This document shows positions 29,501 to 38,334 of a stretch of DNA of 64,000 nt, one piece after another (the first letter of the stretch is position 1; every line of letters starts with the position of its first letter). The stretch is from an uncultured virus (IMG/VR IMGVR_UViG_3300010334_004649) (Duplodnaviria; Heunggongvirae; Uroviricota; Caudoviricetes): the IMG/VR virus record IMGVR_UViG_3300010334_004649. One strand, written 5' to 3'. A program made the translations under genes and the position numbers. The notes beneath the pieces are model-generated. The model saw only the letters and a program-made list of their open reading frames with translations. It did no database searches and was not told the origin of the DNA.

Positions 29501-30681
29501 GGACCGTAACAGGCAGCACCAGCGAGGCTGACATGGTTCGCAGCAACTATGTTGACCCAGATTGTCCAAATGCACTGCTGTACCCACCTGGAATACTGTT
29601 GTTCAACACACGCTACAGCACCTACAATGTCAAACGTTGGTCAGTCAATTATTTCCCACAAAACTACGGTACCATATACCCAACTGATACCTGGGTAACC
29701 TTCAGTGGCAACGACAATCTTGGAGTTGCCTATATGGGTCCACAGGCTCAGCGTGCAGTAGTAGTAAATGCACTCAATGCTGCACTAGAGAACAGCACTG
29801 ATGCAAGGTCGATACAGAACTACTTCACTCTGATATCAACACCAGGTTATCCAGAGTGTATTGCACAGATGGTTCAACTGAATGTTGACATCAATAACGT
29901 TGCATTTGTGGTAGGTGACACTCCAAGCACGCTGCAGCCAACTGGTACCAGCATACAAAACTGGGCTACCAATGCTGCCAATGCTGCAGAAAATGGACCT
30001 CTTGGTCTTATCACTCACAGTTCTTATCTTGGTCTTTGGTATCCATGGGGATTGACTGCTGATCTTCAGGGAAATAACGTTGTTGTTCCACCAAGCCTTA
30101 TTGCACTGACTACTATTGCATATAATGATTCTGTATCGTATCCGTGGTTTGCACCTGCAGGATTCAATCGCGGGTTGGTCAGTGTGGTATCCAGCGTAGG
30201 GTACATTGACGCAGCAGGGGATTATATTCCAGTTAGTCTAAACCAAGGACAACGTGATGTGTTATATATCAACAGTATCAATCCAGTTGCCTACATGCCA
30301 GGTCGTGGGTTGGTTGTATTTGGACAAAAGACACTAGATCCAATAGCAACTGCTCTTGATAGGATCAATGTGGTACGCTTGTGCTGCTATCTTGCATATA
30401 ACCTCAACAACTTGGCACAGCCATTCTTGTTTGAACAGAATGATTCAACCACCCAGGCAAACGTTACTGCACTGTTCAAATCATATCTGCAGGGTCTAGT
30501 GGGTTTGAGAGCCATCTATGACTTCTCAGTGGTTTGCAACAGCAGCAACAATACTCCTGCTAGAATTGCAGCGAATCAATTGTGGATTGACATTGCTATA
30601 CAGCCAGAGATAGCAATAGAATTCATCTATATACCTGTGCGTGTGTTGGCCACTGGCGCTGCACTTCCAACCGGCGGCTAA
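26599..30681 (+). CDS. 18: Tail sheath protein (gp18-like), 1360 aa with large beta-rich insertions
   Basis: SPGVKV...D.S, FG.P, PWFAPAG.NRG, QRD.LY...INP, GQKTL.....ALDRINV.RL, FEQND. Confidence 0.93.
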   Translation: MSGSLTSPGVKVSIIDQSAYGVSGTGTVPLIVIATASNKIAPGSTTIAPGTLPQNAGNLYLITSQRDALQTFGNPTFYSAAGTVQYNNELNELGLFTLYTYLGVATSAYVIRADVDLDQLIPSTVAPSGPTTNGTYWLDTTKTTWGIFQSNGNINPAYSWQNKVPAVISNSSQLCAIVQGYSTHNGPIASGSASCITASGSLVINGVTVALTAGSSLAQVASAINSNTTLQIAGISATIFIRNGKFYPTGETISGYTTGDVYNLRMVNKVYTKTFALSGSTPSILQDLGLSADPMTIVQPVSSFGTSNQYAVNTLEDGTGFYDNTVFQKITLTSSSATTDWWFAVGSSEAEYPGYSWMDAVPTVITGTIPNPTFTAATACTIKIGNGSPLTVTVPAAPNNTLVGFVAAINTQLNSGEGTNAVASITTQGGLNYLTLTNYDASDIFLQDLTDQYGNGTPWGNAGISAANTYWASVTGTVASPTYVAATLKTQSASVVAPGVNYLNGDTVTTLGGTAATDTILTVASLQAVSAAPNAPGTSYAVNDTLTFGTSNGSYTSTVILQVTAIDGNGGITGVSILQNGQFTGVTPPTSGATPSATSGNGSSATIDLSWGVNTVTVSTPGNYTVYPTNPVTTTSGGSGTGATFNLVPTWLTSNSFSITLPGLSPTIVHVPASPNNTLNGLVSEINTVAFPNGPIVASAVNNQLVITNTNGTAFTLQDLSGTPLNSSGIATGATFARGIIYQGYQPTLTVPSKLPQLAANNVWINTTVGGMGANIVLKRYESGQWIVQNTVPNTGSIPFYANDDAANTAFGALKATGSIYAQYNYYDDMPATANFVLQVWTGSSWEALGYTPSLLAPKGPPLDGTLWYNTSLQVDIMVNNGQEWLGYRNLYPGTDPNGPILSSATPVTQSTGAPLVDYDIWVDTEIVPYPSISRYNASTASWIQIDNQDHVDSAGIIFADARSTADGTVTGSTSEADMVRSNYVDPDCPNALLYPPGILLFNTRYSTYNVKRWSVNYFPQNYGTIYPTDTWVTFSGNDNLGVAYMGPQAQRAVVVNALNAALENSTDARSIQNYFTLISTPGYPECIAQMVQLNVDINNVAFVVGDTPSTLQPTGTSIQNWATNAANAAENGPLGLITHSSYLGLWYPWGLTADLQGNNVVVPPSLIALTTIAYNDSVSYPWFAPAGFNRGLVSVVSSVGYIDAAGDYIPVSLNQGQRDVLYINSINPVAYMPGRGLVVFGQKTLDPIATALDRINVVRLCCYLAYNLNNLAQPFLFEQNDSTTQANVTALFKSYLQGLVGLRAIYDFSVVCNSSNNTPARIAANQLWIDIAIQPEIAIEFIYIPVRVLATGAALPTGG

Positions 30682-30686
30682 TTTAA

Positions 30687-30720
30687 TTGTTCAGGGAGGG
30701 ATAGATCCCTCCCTGAACAA
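30687..30720. terminator. Long perfect hairpin after the sheath gene (terminator or stabiliser)
   Basis: TTGTTCAGGGAGGGA-TAGA-TCCCTCCCTGAACAA. Confidence 0.75.
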
Positions 30721-30756
30721 GTTGATTTTCAGCAGATTTGATCTAATAATCTTTAT

Positions 30757-30951
30757 ATGATACGATCAAATTCTATAAAAAATGCACAGGCATGGCAATT
30801 GTCAGAATCAGTGCGGATGTCGAGGCATGGTCTCCTAGACCAATCCAGCTTTGATCCAACACGTGACTGGTCAGAACTAGCAATCATAAAACCGGTAATT
30901 GAACCTGCAAGATCTAGTGTCACATCATCGGAAATTCTAACAAAAAAATGA
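30757..30951 (+). CDS. Small hypothetical protein
   Basis: 64 aa; ATGA overlap with the next gene. Confidence 0.5.
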   Translation: MIRSNSIKNAQAWQLSESVRMSRHGLLDQSSFDPTRDWSELAIIKPVIEPARSSVTSSEILTKK

Positions 30952-31235
30952 TCGATAATCAGCAACTTTTAGAAACTCAGCAAAAATTCAATATTCTAGT
31001 CTATGAAACCATAATGGTTATCTATACAAAAGTATTGGAGGAAGTTGAAGCCAAAGAAGCCCTTGGATTGGTGATCTCTGCTCTAGCAACAAACCTTGGG
31101 GGAATTATAGCACAAATTCCAGATGAATACCGCATACAATATGCTGAAATGACCCAGCATATATTGCGCGACAGCATAAACAAAAACCTTGAGACTATGG
31201 CTAGACAAATATATGGACAGGTTGGACATGCATAG
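30948..31235 (+). CDS. Small helical hypothetical protein
   Basis: 95 aa; overlaps both neighbours. Confidence 0.7.
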   Translation: MIDNQQLLETQQKFNILVYETIMVIYTKVLEEVEAKEALGLVISALATNLGGIIAQIPDEYRIQYAEMTQHILRDSINKNLETMARQIYGQVGHA

Positions 31236-31791
31236 TATAACAATACCAACAGATGCTTTCAGCAGCGGTCAAATATCCAGCAAGATCTGGCTCTGCAGAG
31301 AACTAGAAAACCTCAACATCAGAAAACCTCAGATTGTCTATGTTTACGGAGGTTGGATTGGTGTAGCTAGTTTTTTACTCTTGACTCGTGAGAAATATCC
31401 AATCAAACACATACGTAGTTTTGACATAGATGCTGAATGCGAAGTCATAGCCGATCATCTTATGGAGAATTATGTTTGGCAGCAATGGAAATTTAAAGCA
31501 GTAACGGCTGACTGTAATAAAATCGACTTCAACGCCGAACAACCAGATCTTGTGATTAATTGCAGCACCGAGCATTTTGATTCACTGGAATGGTTTGATG
31601 CCATTCCAGACGGCACTCTGTTAGCGCTGCAAAACAACGATATGCCACACGATCAACATTCAACCTGTGTTGGTGGATTAAAAGAAATGATAGAGCGGTT
31701 TCCGTTGCAAGATATCAAATTTACTGGTCAAATGGATTTCTGTTACCCAACTTGGCAGTTTAGTCGTTTCATGATAATAGGTAGAAAATGA
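31228..31791 (+). CDS. Class I SAM-dependent methyltransferase-like protein
   Basis: GQ..SK.WL, VYGGWIG, SFDID, DLVINCSTEH, RFMIIG; start chosen from RBS spacing. Confidence 0.75.
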   Translation: MHSITIPTDAFSSGQISSKIWLCRELENLNIRKPQIVYVYGGWIGVASFLLLTREKYPIKHIRSFDIDAECEVIADHLMENYVWQQWKFKAVTADCNKIDFNAEQPDLVINCSTEHFDSLEWFDAIPDGTLLALQNNDMPHDQHSTCVGGLKEMIERFPLQDIKFTGQMDFCYPTWQFSRFMIIGRK

Positions 31792-32336
31792 CAAATTTTA
31801 TTACCAAAATAAATCACACGGTCGACCTCAGCAGGCTTTCCTCTGATCTAGACAGCATACTTGAAATGACCTCCTGGGACCCTGAAAACCAAATAGGTCT
31901 TAGACATCGACCAAACTGCGTTGATCCTTGGAAAGACAGTATTGGCAGCATACATGATCCAATTACCAATGTGATTCATGCTAGAGAACAGGATTTCAAT
32001 ATCTGGAACGCAGACTGTCCGCAATATACCAAATCTATTTTAGAAGATTTTGGGCAGCAGCAAGGGTTAACCTGGGGCCGTATACGTTTCATGAGAGCAC
32101 AGCCAAAACACGGGCTGTCAATGCACTGGGACAAGGAACCACGTTATCATATTGTGCTGAAAACAAATATATCAGCGATATTTGGCGAATGCTTTAGAAA
32201 TGATCCTGTAAGGGCCACAGCCTATCACATGCCGGCAGACGGTCACTGGTACAGAGTCGACACCACTCGAGAACATTTTGTCTACAATGGTGGGCGCGAA
32301 CCGCGCATACATTTGGTATGTTGTCCTGTGATATGA
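31788..32336 (+). CDS. 2OG-Fe(II) oxygenase, Asp/Asn beta-hydroxylase-like
   Basis: GRIR.M, HWD...RYHI facial triad, DT...H...NGG...RIHLV. Confidence 0.8.
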   Translation: MTNFITKINHTVDLSRLSSDLDSILEMTSWDPENQIGLRHRPNCVDPWKDSIGSIHDPITNVIHAREQDFNIWNADCPQYTKSILEDFGQQQGLTWGRIRFMRAQPKHGLSMHWDKEPRYHIVLKTNISAIFGECFRNDPVRATAYHMPADGHWYRVDTTREHFVYNGGREPRIHLVCCPVI

Positions 32337-32813
32337 TCACAGTGTTTGCAATTCAGTTTTGAAAATCTTATCCCATAATGGATGGAACAGCCCGTAGTTT
32401 TTGCGCTGTTTTCTATGATGTACAAGATGCCATCTGCCACTGGTAATCCATGGGTAGAAATCAAACTTGGAATTGTGTTCTAGTTGCTCCTGAAGGAGAG
32501 CAGCCCATAGATAATAGGCAACACTCAACCACCAAAACCCAGTAACGGCAGAAAACAGCAGAGTTGGTATTACCTCTGTTATCCACAGATCAATAGTACT
32601 GGCAATGGTGTCATTGTAAAGCAAGAGATTGTTCCAGTGCCAAGCAGTTCCTCCATGACGATCTATGAAGCGATGATGATCCTGATGATATCTGTTAAAA
32701 ACGTGTATGCGATGCACGGCCCTGTGTATCCAATAAAGCATGAATGTCCAGGCTAGGAACACTGCTGCAATAATCAAAATTTGTTGTGATATGAATAAAA
32801 TTTGCTCGATCAT
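32337..32813 (-). CDS. Sterol desaturase / fatty acid hydroxylase family membrane enzyme
   Basis: His boxes HRAVH, HQDHH, HLVHH; NYGLF...WD.IF.T. Confidence 0.88.
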   Translation of the reverse strand: MIEQILFISQQILIIAAVFLAWTFMLYWIHRAVHRIHVFNRYHQDHHRFIDRHGGTAWHWNNLLLYNDTIASTIDLWITEVIPTLLFSAVTGFWWLSVAYYLWAALLQEQLEHNSKFDFYPWITSGRWHLVHHRKQRKNYGLFHPLWDKIFKTELQTL

Positions 32814-33886
32814 TGGCTGTCCAACAGGTTTTTTGATGCTGTGTACTTATCTGTAGTTTGATCATAATAGATAAAATCATGCATGTTGGCATAGCGAGTA
32901 AGACTGGGAATGCTGGGATATTTTGTCTTGTATTTGAAATATTCTATATCATGATTTACTGCATAAATCATCTGTTTTGCGGGCAGTTTATAACTGAACC
33001 AATCATCTAATACTTTCTGTTCATCGGTCAACACTGCCCAATCTTGGAATTGCTGTGTTTCAAAGAAGTGAACTACACGTTTGGCCATAGCGTCTACCAA
33101 ATCCGGTGAAGGAGCATGGCTAACCAAGCGAAATTTAACAGCCTGCCACTTCAGCACAAAATTCAACCACCAAAAGCAGTCATGATTGCTGCTGCAACCG
33201 CGTGGGTTGACAGCAAACAGACGTTCCATAAGGTCTTGGCATACTGTGCGCTGAGATTGATCAGTGATTTTGGCCAGCATCCAATCTCTTCCAGTTTTAC
33301 TGAATGGCTTGTGTATGGCCTGCTGATCGCCTGTGGCATCCATGTAACTTTTGACTGTGAGGCTGCCAAAAATGTTGTCTGCAAACTCACCTGTGAGGCA
33401 TAGGTTGTTGGGGTCAGCTATGAGAGAATGAAAATTAGCAGCATTGGCAAATCTTGTACCAAAGGCTGGTATCAGACAGTCGTACCAAAATTTTGGATTT
33501 TCCTTAATGCTGTCTTCAGTGAGAACCAACAGCATGCGGTGTTTTGTCTTGGCAAACAGATCATGCGATATGGCCAGTGCTGCTATTAATGTGCTGTCGA
33601 TTCCGCCGCTGTAGAATATCACCAACTGCTGATTGTTTTCCATAGCAGTACGGAGGATGGTGTTGAATCTATCACGAGCAATATCTTCAAATGATCTTGG
33701 TTTTGACCATGCAGTAATGGGGTCAAAACATTTCATTGGTATTGGCGGACAATTGATCACTCCTGATCGATCCAACAGACTTATGCTGGCATTGAACATC
33801 TGTGCAAACGAAGCCTGAACAGGGTTGGTCGCAGACATGTTGTGATCAGCATAGAGACGATGTGGGGTATAATAAACCAATTCCAT
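32810..33886 (-). CDS. PP-loop ATP pyrophosphatase, asparagine-synthetase C-terminal-like
   Basis: FYSGGIDST and TGEFADNIFG motifs; no glutaminase domain. Confidence 0.8.
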   Translation of the reverse strand: MELVYYTPHRLYADHNMSATNPVQASFAQMFNASISLLDRSGVINCPPIPMKCFDPITAWSKPRSFEDIARDRFNTILRTAMENNQQLVIFYSGGIDSTLIAALAISHDLFAKTKHRMLLVLTEDSIKENPKFWYDCLIPAFGTRFANAANFHSLIADPNNLCLTGEFADNIFGSLTVKSYMDATGDQQAIHKPFSKTGRDWMLAKITDQSQRTVCQDLMERLFAVNPRGCSSNHDCFWWLNFVLKWQAVKFRLVSHAPSPDLVDAMAKRVVHFFETQQFQDWAVLTDEQKVLDDWFSYKLPAKQMIYAVNHDIEYFKYKTKYPSIPSLTRYANMHDFIYYDQTTDKYTASKNLLDSQ

Positions 33887-33895
33887 GATCAGTTC

Positions 33896-34537
33896 CTATA
33901 ACAATATGTTGACAAACATGTCCTTGTCCAGGTCTGCGGAGATTTTTTCAAAATCTCTAGTGGTTTGGGCACGTTTTACAGCTTCAAAATATCTCAAACG
34001 TAGACGTTCAACATGACGCAAATGTTGATACCAACCGTCATGTTTCAGCAATATCAAGGTTGCTGCTGTGTCGATATCTAGACCACGCTCCTGAGCAAAA
34101 TCAAATACAAACCCATCTTGTCTAAAATCACTGAGTTTATTTGATAAAATGTCTTTAGATTCAATGACTTTAGCATGGTAAATATCTATTTGTTGTGTAG
34201 TAATAGTGCGATGTTTATTCAGTGCATGTTCCAATCTACTTTTGATGTTGGCCAATGCTTTGAGTCTAGCCTTGTAGATCTGCGATAGCGTTTGTGTGCA
34301 CAGGGTCCTATTACAGGGCTTTAACCAAGTTGATCGCAGGTTTTTATAGATTATTGTGAAATCATAACATTCTGATTTCAAACTTTCGTACTCACCCGTT
34401 GTAACTCCGTAGATTTTCACTATGGTTTGGAAGTCATGCTCTGTGATGATCTGCAGTTTTACTACATCATCGTCGGCAATTATTACTTCGTTGTCGACTG
34501 TTGCTGCAATGGCTATCCAACGCATGCAGTTCTCCAT
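33896..34537 (-). CDS. Hypothetical protein with a tail-fibre-assembly-like C-terminal domain
   Basis: Y.AK..E...IL.....F....AQERG.....AA.LIL.K...W......ERLR......VKRAQT pattern. Confidence 0.55.
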   Translation of the reverse strand: MENCMRWIAIAATVDNEVIIADDDVVKLQIITEHDFQTIVKIYGVTTGEYESLKSECYDFTIIYKNLRSTWLKPCNRTLCTQTLSQIYKARLKALANIKSRLEHALNKHRTITTQQIDIYHAKVIESKDILSNKLSDFRQDGFVFDFAQERGLDIDTAATLILLKHDGWYQHLRHVERLRLRYFEAVKRAQTTRDFEKISADLDKDMFVNILL

Positions 34538-35379
34538 AGCCCCCAGAGACGTTTGGTCTCAGACCAGGGCGATATCAATGGTACCAGCAGGAGACAGGGA
34601 TCAAATTCATACCAACGACAGCTGACACTGGTGCCAAAATCAAAACTTTTTGGCTGTGCGTGATGGTTATTGTGCCAACCCTGCCCCCAACCTAGGTAAC
34701 CAAGATACCAGACATTTTCACTGTTGTCTTTGGTTTCAAACGGTCTATAACCGGTATTGCGGCTGTGACAGATGAGATTCACGAGGTTTTCTGTGTGCAG
34801 CATGATCACAGCGGGAATTGCTATGAAAAACAGACAAAACGCAGGGTCGATAGCCAGTGACACTGCCCAAGTGGTCCATATGACCTTGTTGTAATTTTTA
34901 TGAAACCAAATTAGAGTACCATCGCGCAGGAGACTGGTACCGTATTTGAGATTTACAGTATCATGTGTTACCCCAAACATCCAACCCATGTAGGCCTGCC
35001 ACTTGCCTTTGATTGGACTGTGTATGTCTCGTTCGCTGTCGGCGTGAGCATGATGATAACCTCTGTGTAGAGCAGCCCACCAGATAGGTGAACCCTGCCC
35101 GGTCAAACAGGCCAGCCAATATAGAACAGGTTTCAACCATGAGCGTACCTGAATACTTTGGTGAGAAAGATATCTATGCAGTGTGACAGCATCGCCGATG
35201 CCACCGATCACTACCCAACCTGCTAGCAACCATATGAAATAGGTCCATGACCATGATGTGACTGCAACGTAAATGCCTGCTAGAGCAGCAAGGTGATAGG
35301 GCCATACAATGGCAAACATCGCAGGTATTTGCCCTGTGACACGAAAGGTGGCTATGTTAAGTTTTATCCAATTTTTCAT
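34513..35379 (-). CDS. Delta-9-type membrane acyl desaturase
   Basis: HRYLSH, GSPIWW...HRGYHH...D...DIHSP, G.GWHNNHH.P.S, WYEFDP. Confidence 0.92.
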   Translation of the reverse strand: MKNWIKLNIATFRVTGQIPAMFAIVWPYHLAALAGIYVAVTSWSWTYFIWLLAGWVVIGGIGDAVTLHRYLSHQSIQVRSWLKPVLYWLACLTGQGSPIWWAALHRGYHHAHADSERDIHSPIKGKWQAYMGWMFGVTHDTVNLKYGTSLLRDGTLIWFHKNYNKVIWTTWAVSLAIDPAFCLFFIAIPAVIMLHTENLVNLICHSRNTGYRPFETKDNSENVWYLGYLGWGQGWHNNHHAQPKSFDFGTSVSCRWYEFDPCLLLVPLISPWSETKRLWGLWRTACVG

Positions 35380-35944
35380 CTGGGTCTCTCTTCAGTATGT
35401 AACGACGTATATTAATGTCATATGGATATAATGTGTAACCCATGATTGACCAATAAAGGCTGAAATCTGGTTTCATGCCACTAGATATCTTGGTTTCTAC
35501 AAATGTCCAATATTTAGTTCTCAAGGGCTGCATTAACCTGCGGTAGGCTTCTTCTCTATCGCAGGGACTTATCACATAAAACTCATTGAGATTTTGTGAT
35601 TCGTAATGACGACATAAAAACTGCACAATGTCACGCCATATTTTCACAAATGCAATGGTTTGTACTTCACTTATGGTCCAAGAAAGATACCAACAGGGAT
35701 ATGTCTTAAGGGACCTAGCACCTACTGCAGTTATCAAGTGGCCAGAATCATCGAACACTCCTAATACTCGTCGAATATCGCTGTCGACTGTGTTTGCTGG
35801 GATCAAGAACAGATCAAAAAGTGAAGATTTTGCAGAATTTAAGGCATTGGGATAATTGTTTTTTTCATTTTTATACACATGGTCACTCAGGGCTTGTATC
35901 CTGTGACGTTCGCCATGCTGCAACCATCTCATGCTATATTGCAT
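35357..35944 (-). CDS. Hypothetical protein, possible GNAT fold
   Basis: RRVLGVFDDSGHLITAVG strand pattern followed by WYLSW; translationally coupled in the operon. Confidence 0.5.
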   Translation of the reverse strand: MQYSMRWLQHGERHRIQALSDHVYKNEKNNYPNALNSAKSSLFDLFLIPANTVDSDIRRVLGVFDDSGHLITAVGARSLKTYPCWYLSWTISEVQTIAFVKIWRDIVQFLCRHYESQNLNEFYVISPCDREEAYRRLMQPLRTKYWTFVETKISSGMKPDFSLYWSIMGYTLYPYDINIRRYILKRDPDEKLDKT

Positions 35945-36870
35945 GTCATACTCCTGTTGTTTTGCAGATTATTCAACAGCAGTTTGGCATCAAAAAGAAA
36001 TTCTGCAGGATCGTCATGTAGTATCAGACTGGTTTTGGTCTGGACATATTCCCATATGTGCGTCATCTTTTCCATGCCATGTCTTTTGTGTCTTTTTTTC
36101 ATATCAAATGCTGTGAGTTCGGTATATATTTTGTGTTTACTGCTGGTCCAACCCAGTTTGCCTGGAATACGGTCATGTATCAAATCGTCCACTGTGGGCG
36201 ATTGCAAAAAGTGCAGGATTGTAGTTGGATCATAGGTATAGAAATTATTATATGCAAGTATACCAGTTTTACCAACAAACCGATGCCAGCAGCCGTCTTG
36301 ATCTTCTTTTTTTACCAACCACCAATTGTTGTGATGTTTTTGTATTTCTATCTCATCTATGGTTATCATAGGCTTTGGTGATCGTTCGGCTATTGACAAC
36401 AACAGTTGTTGATAAAACGTATAACATTGATAGGTCTCGGCAATACGCTGCCAGTCTCCTGAATGGAAAAATGCCACAGGATCTATGGTAACAATCTTTG
36501 GAAGTATATTAAGTTCAGCACACAGGGTCTGTGCAGAGTCAACATCTGGTCGATTGAGATCATCTGTGAATTCTAAAACCACCACGTCCACAGCGAGACC
36601 CTGCTGGTGAAACATACGCAGTGCTACCTCGCTGTCTAGACCGCCACTGAGAAAGAACCGCAGGTCGTTGCCATGACGCGCATGCAGAGTTTTTGCCGTG
36701 GCCATGAGACTTTCTACAAAAGAACCGCCGTTGTCGACCTCAGCATCGCCGATACAGCAGTGGGCGACTTCGTAAGGATGACTGCGGCGCAGTTGTTGAT
36801 TTTGCCAATTGAACCAGTAACGCAGATGATTGGCTTTGGTCAATTCATATGCAGAATATACGTATCTCAT
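35929..36870 (-). CDS. Second PP-loop (adenine nucleotide alpha hydrolase) protein
   Basis: FLSGGLDSE motif, K..IY......K..GME C-terminus; ATGA overlap sets the start. Confidence 0.75.
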   Translation of the reverse strand: MRYVYSAYELTKANHLRYWFNWQNQQLRRSHPYEVAHCCIGDAEVDNGGSFVESLMATAKTLHARHGNDLRFFLSGGLDSEVALRMFHQQGLAVDVVVLEFTDDLNRPDVDSAQTLCAELNILPKIVTIDPVAFFHSGDWQRIAETYQCYTFYQQLLLSIAERSPKPMITIDEIEIQKHHNNWWLVKKEDQDGCWHRFVGKTGILAYNNFYTYDPTTILHFLQSPTVDDLIHDRIPGKLGWTSSKHKIYTELTAFDMKKRHKRHGMEKMTHIWEYVQTKTSLILHDDPAEFLFDAKLLLNNLQNNRSMTCNIA

Positions 36871-37496
36871 GTTTTGATCAAGGCCTCTGCTATAACAAGG
36901 GTTTGATAATGATCCAGTGGTTTTAACACGCACCACTGCGGTGTGTGTCTAATGTTGACAGGATTTGGTATCGCCAAACAGTCATTCCACCAGCTGCTCC
37001 AGACCTTGCCAAGACCAGCGGCCTTGGCAGATGATTTTCTCACAATAGCATCATAAATCTGCTTGTTGTAATCGTTAAATGTCAACATCATTGCTGCAGC
37101 ATTCTGCAATTGACTCCACAATAGATTGCTGGACAATAGATATCTAGTAACTTGGTTGTGTTGCCGATGCTGATCATCTAGCCAGCATCTGATGCCACCA
37201 ATGGTGAGTTGGGGCGCAATTGCTGTATGTTCAACACAGCTGATGCCTATCATGATATTGCCATGCCTTAAAATGGTTATTTCACCTTGGTCTTTGGTCC
37301 ATCTCAATTGGTTTTTGATGTTGAACAATAGGCCTGCTTGGTGATCGATCAACATATTGTCTATGGCAGGATGATCAGGATGCCTGAGTCTTTGAACTTC
37401 TACAAATTGGCATATGTCCTGCCATTGATTGGCAGATATGTTATTGCTGCTCAGTCGTTCACAGAGATAGCTAGTGTCAACAGATACTTCAGACAT
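36867..37496 (-). CDS. Hypothetical protein, possible GNAT fold
   Basis: HPA..NM, IMIGISCV, GGIRCWL...HR, LTFNDYN; first gene of the operon. Confidence 0.55.
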   Translation of the reverse strand: MSEVSVDTSYLCERLSSNNISANQWQDICQFVEVQRLRHPDHPAIDNMLIDHQAGLLFNIKNQLRWTKDQGEITILRHGNIMIGISCVEHTAIAPQLTIGGIRCWLDDQHRQHNQVTRYLLSSNLLWSQLQNAAAMMLTFNDYNKQIYDAIVRKSSAKAAGLGKVWSSWWNDCLAIPNPVNIRHTPQWCVLKPLDHYQTLVIAEALIKT

Positions 37497-37579
37497 GGCT
37501 TAATGATAATAGGAACGTTGATGATATTCAATCTGTATTGATCCAAAACTTTGGGTGATTTAAAAAAAGACAAATAGCA

Positions 37580-37585
37580 TAAATA
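37580..37585 (+). promoter_or_regulatory. Late promoter core TAAATA for the tail tube gene
   Basis: CATAAATAG upstream of an AAGGAG RBS. Confidence 0.65.
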
Positions 37586-37609
37586 GTTTCACGCACAAGG
37601 AGAATCAAA

Positions 37610-38260
37610 ATGGCTATCGTCCAAAATCAAAATCCAGGATTAACTACTTTAAGCAACTTTGGTGTCCCAGTTGGTCCAAATGGACAGGGCCCTGGGAATG
37701 GCGGGTTTGGCCTACTGATGCCTAAACTCAAAAATAGGTTCCAAATCGAACTTACCAATTTTGCTGATAGTTCGCCGGGGTCTACGCGAATACTTACACG
37801 ACAGGTTGTAACATGTGCACGACCAAGTCTACAGTTCAACAGCACAGCATTGCATAGTTACAACAATATTGTTTATATTCCGCAAAAACCTGAATGGACC
37901 GAAATAGAACTGACTCTGCGGGATGATATAACCAACGAACTCACCAGTGCAGTAAGTTTTCAACTCCAACGACAGATGAACCACTATACTCAGAGTGCGG
38001 CGGCAGCTGGCTCTGACTTCAAATTTCAGATGTATATTAATGTTCTAGATGGGACAATTTCTGAACAAGCGGCAACCAGTCTCGAATCATGGTATCTTGA
38101 GGGTTGCTATATACAACAGGCCCAATATGACAGTCTTGACTATAGCAGTTCTGATCCGGTAATGATAACCCTGACTATACGTTACGATAACGCAACACAG
38201 GGCGATGAGGCAAATATTCCGCTTCCAGTGAGAGATCCTGCAAGTAACGCTGCAGGCTAA
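37610..38260 (+). CDS. 19: Tail tube protein (gp19-like)
   Basis: LMPKLKNRF, RP, W..I.LTLRDD, E.W.LEGC........LDY......I.LTIRYDNA. Confidence 0.88.
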   Translation: MAIVQNQNPGLTTLSNFGVPVGPNGQGPGNGGFGLLMPKLKNRFQIELTNFADSSPGSTRILTRQVVTCARPSLQFNSTALHSYNNIVYIPQKPEWTEIELTLRDDITNELTSAVSFQLQRQMNHYTQSAAAAGSDFKFQMYINVLDGTISEQAATSLESWYLEGCYIQQAQYDSLDYSSSDPVMITLTIRYDNATQGDEANIPLPVRDPASNAAG

Positions 38261-38286
38261 TAAATTTTCTTTACCCTTGTGACAGC

Positions 38287-38317
38287 AAAAAAAGCGGAGA
38301 TTGCTCTCCGCTTTTTT
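38287..38317. terminator. Bidirectional intrinsic terminator
   Basis: AAAAAAAGCGGAGA-TTGC-TCTCCGCTTTTTT. Confidence 0.85.
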
Positions 38318-38334
38318 CTTTGGTAAATATCTAC

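Noticed and set aside
32810..36870. Lasso peptide or other classical RiPP cluster
   Set aside because: Asn-synthetase-like enzymes are present, but no transglutaminase-like leader peptidase, PqqD/RRE or convincing precursor was seen
35929..36870. QueC / 7-deazaguanine DNA modification system
   Set aside because: Only the generic SGG.DS loop is shared; no QueC Cys cluster and no FolE, QueD, QueE or DpdA in the window
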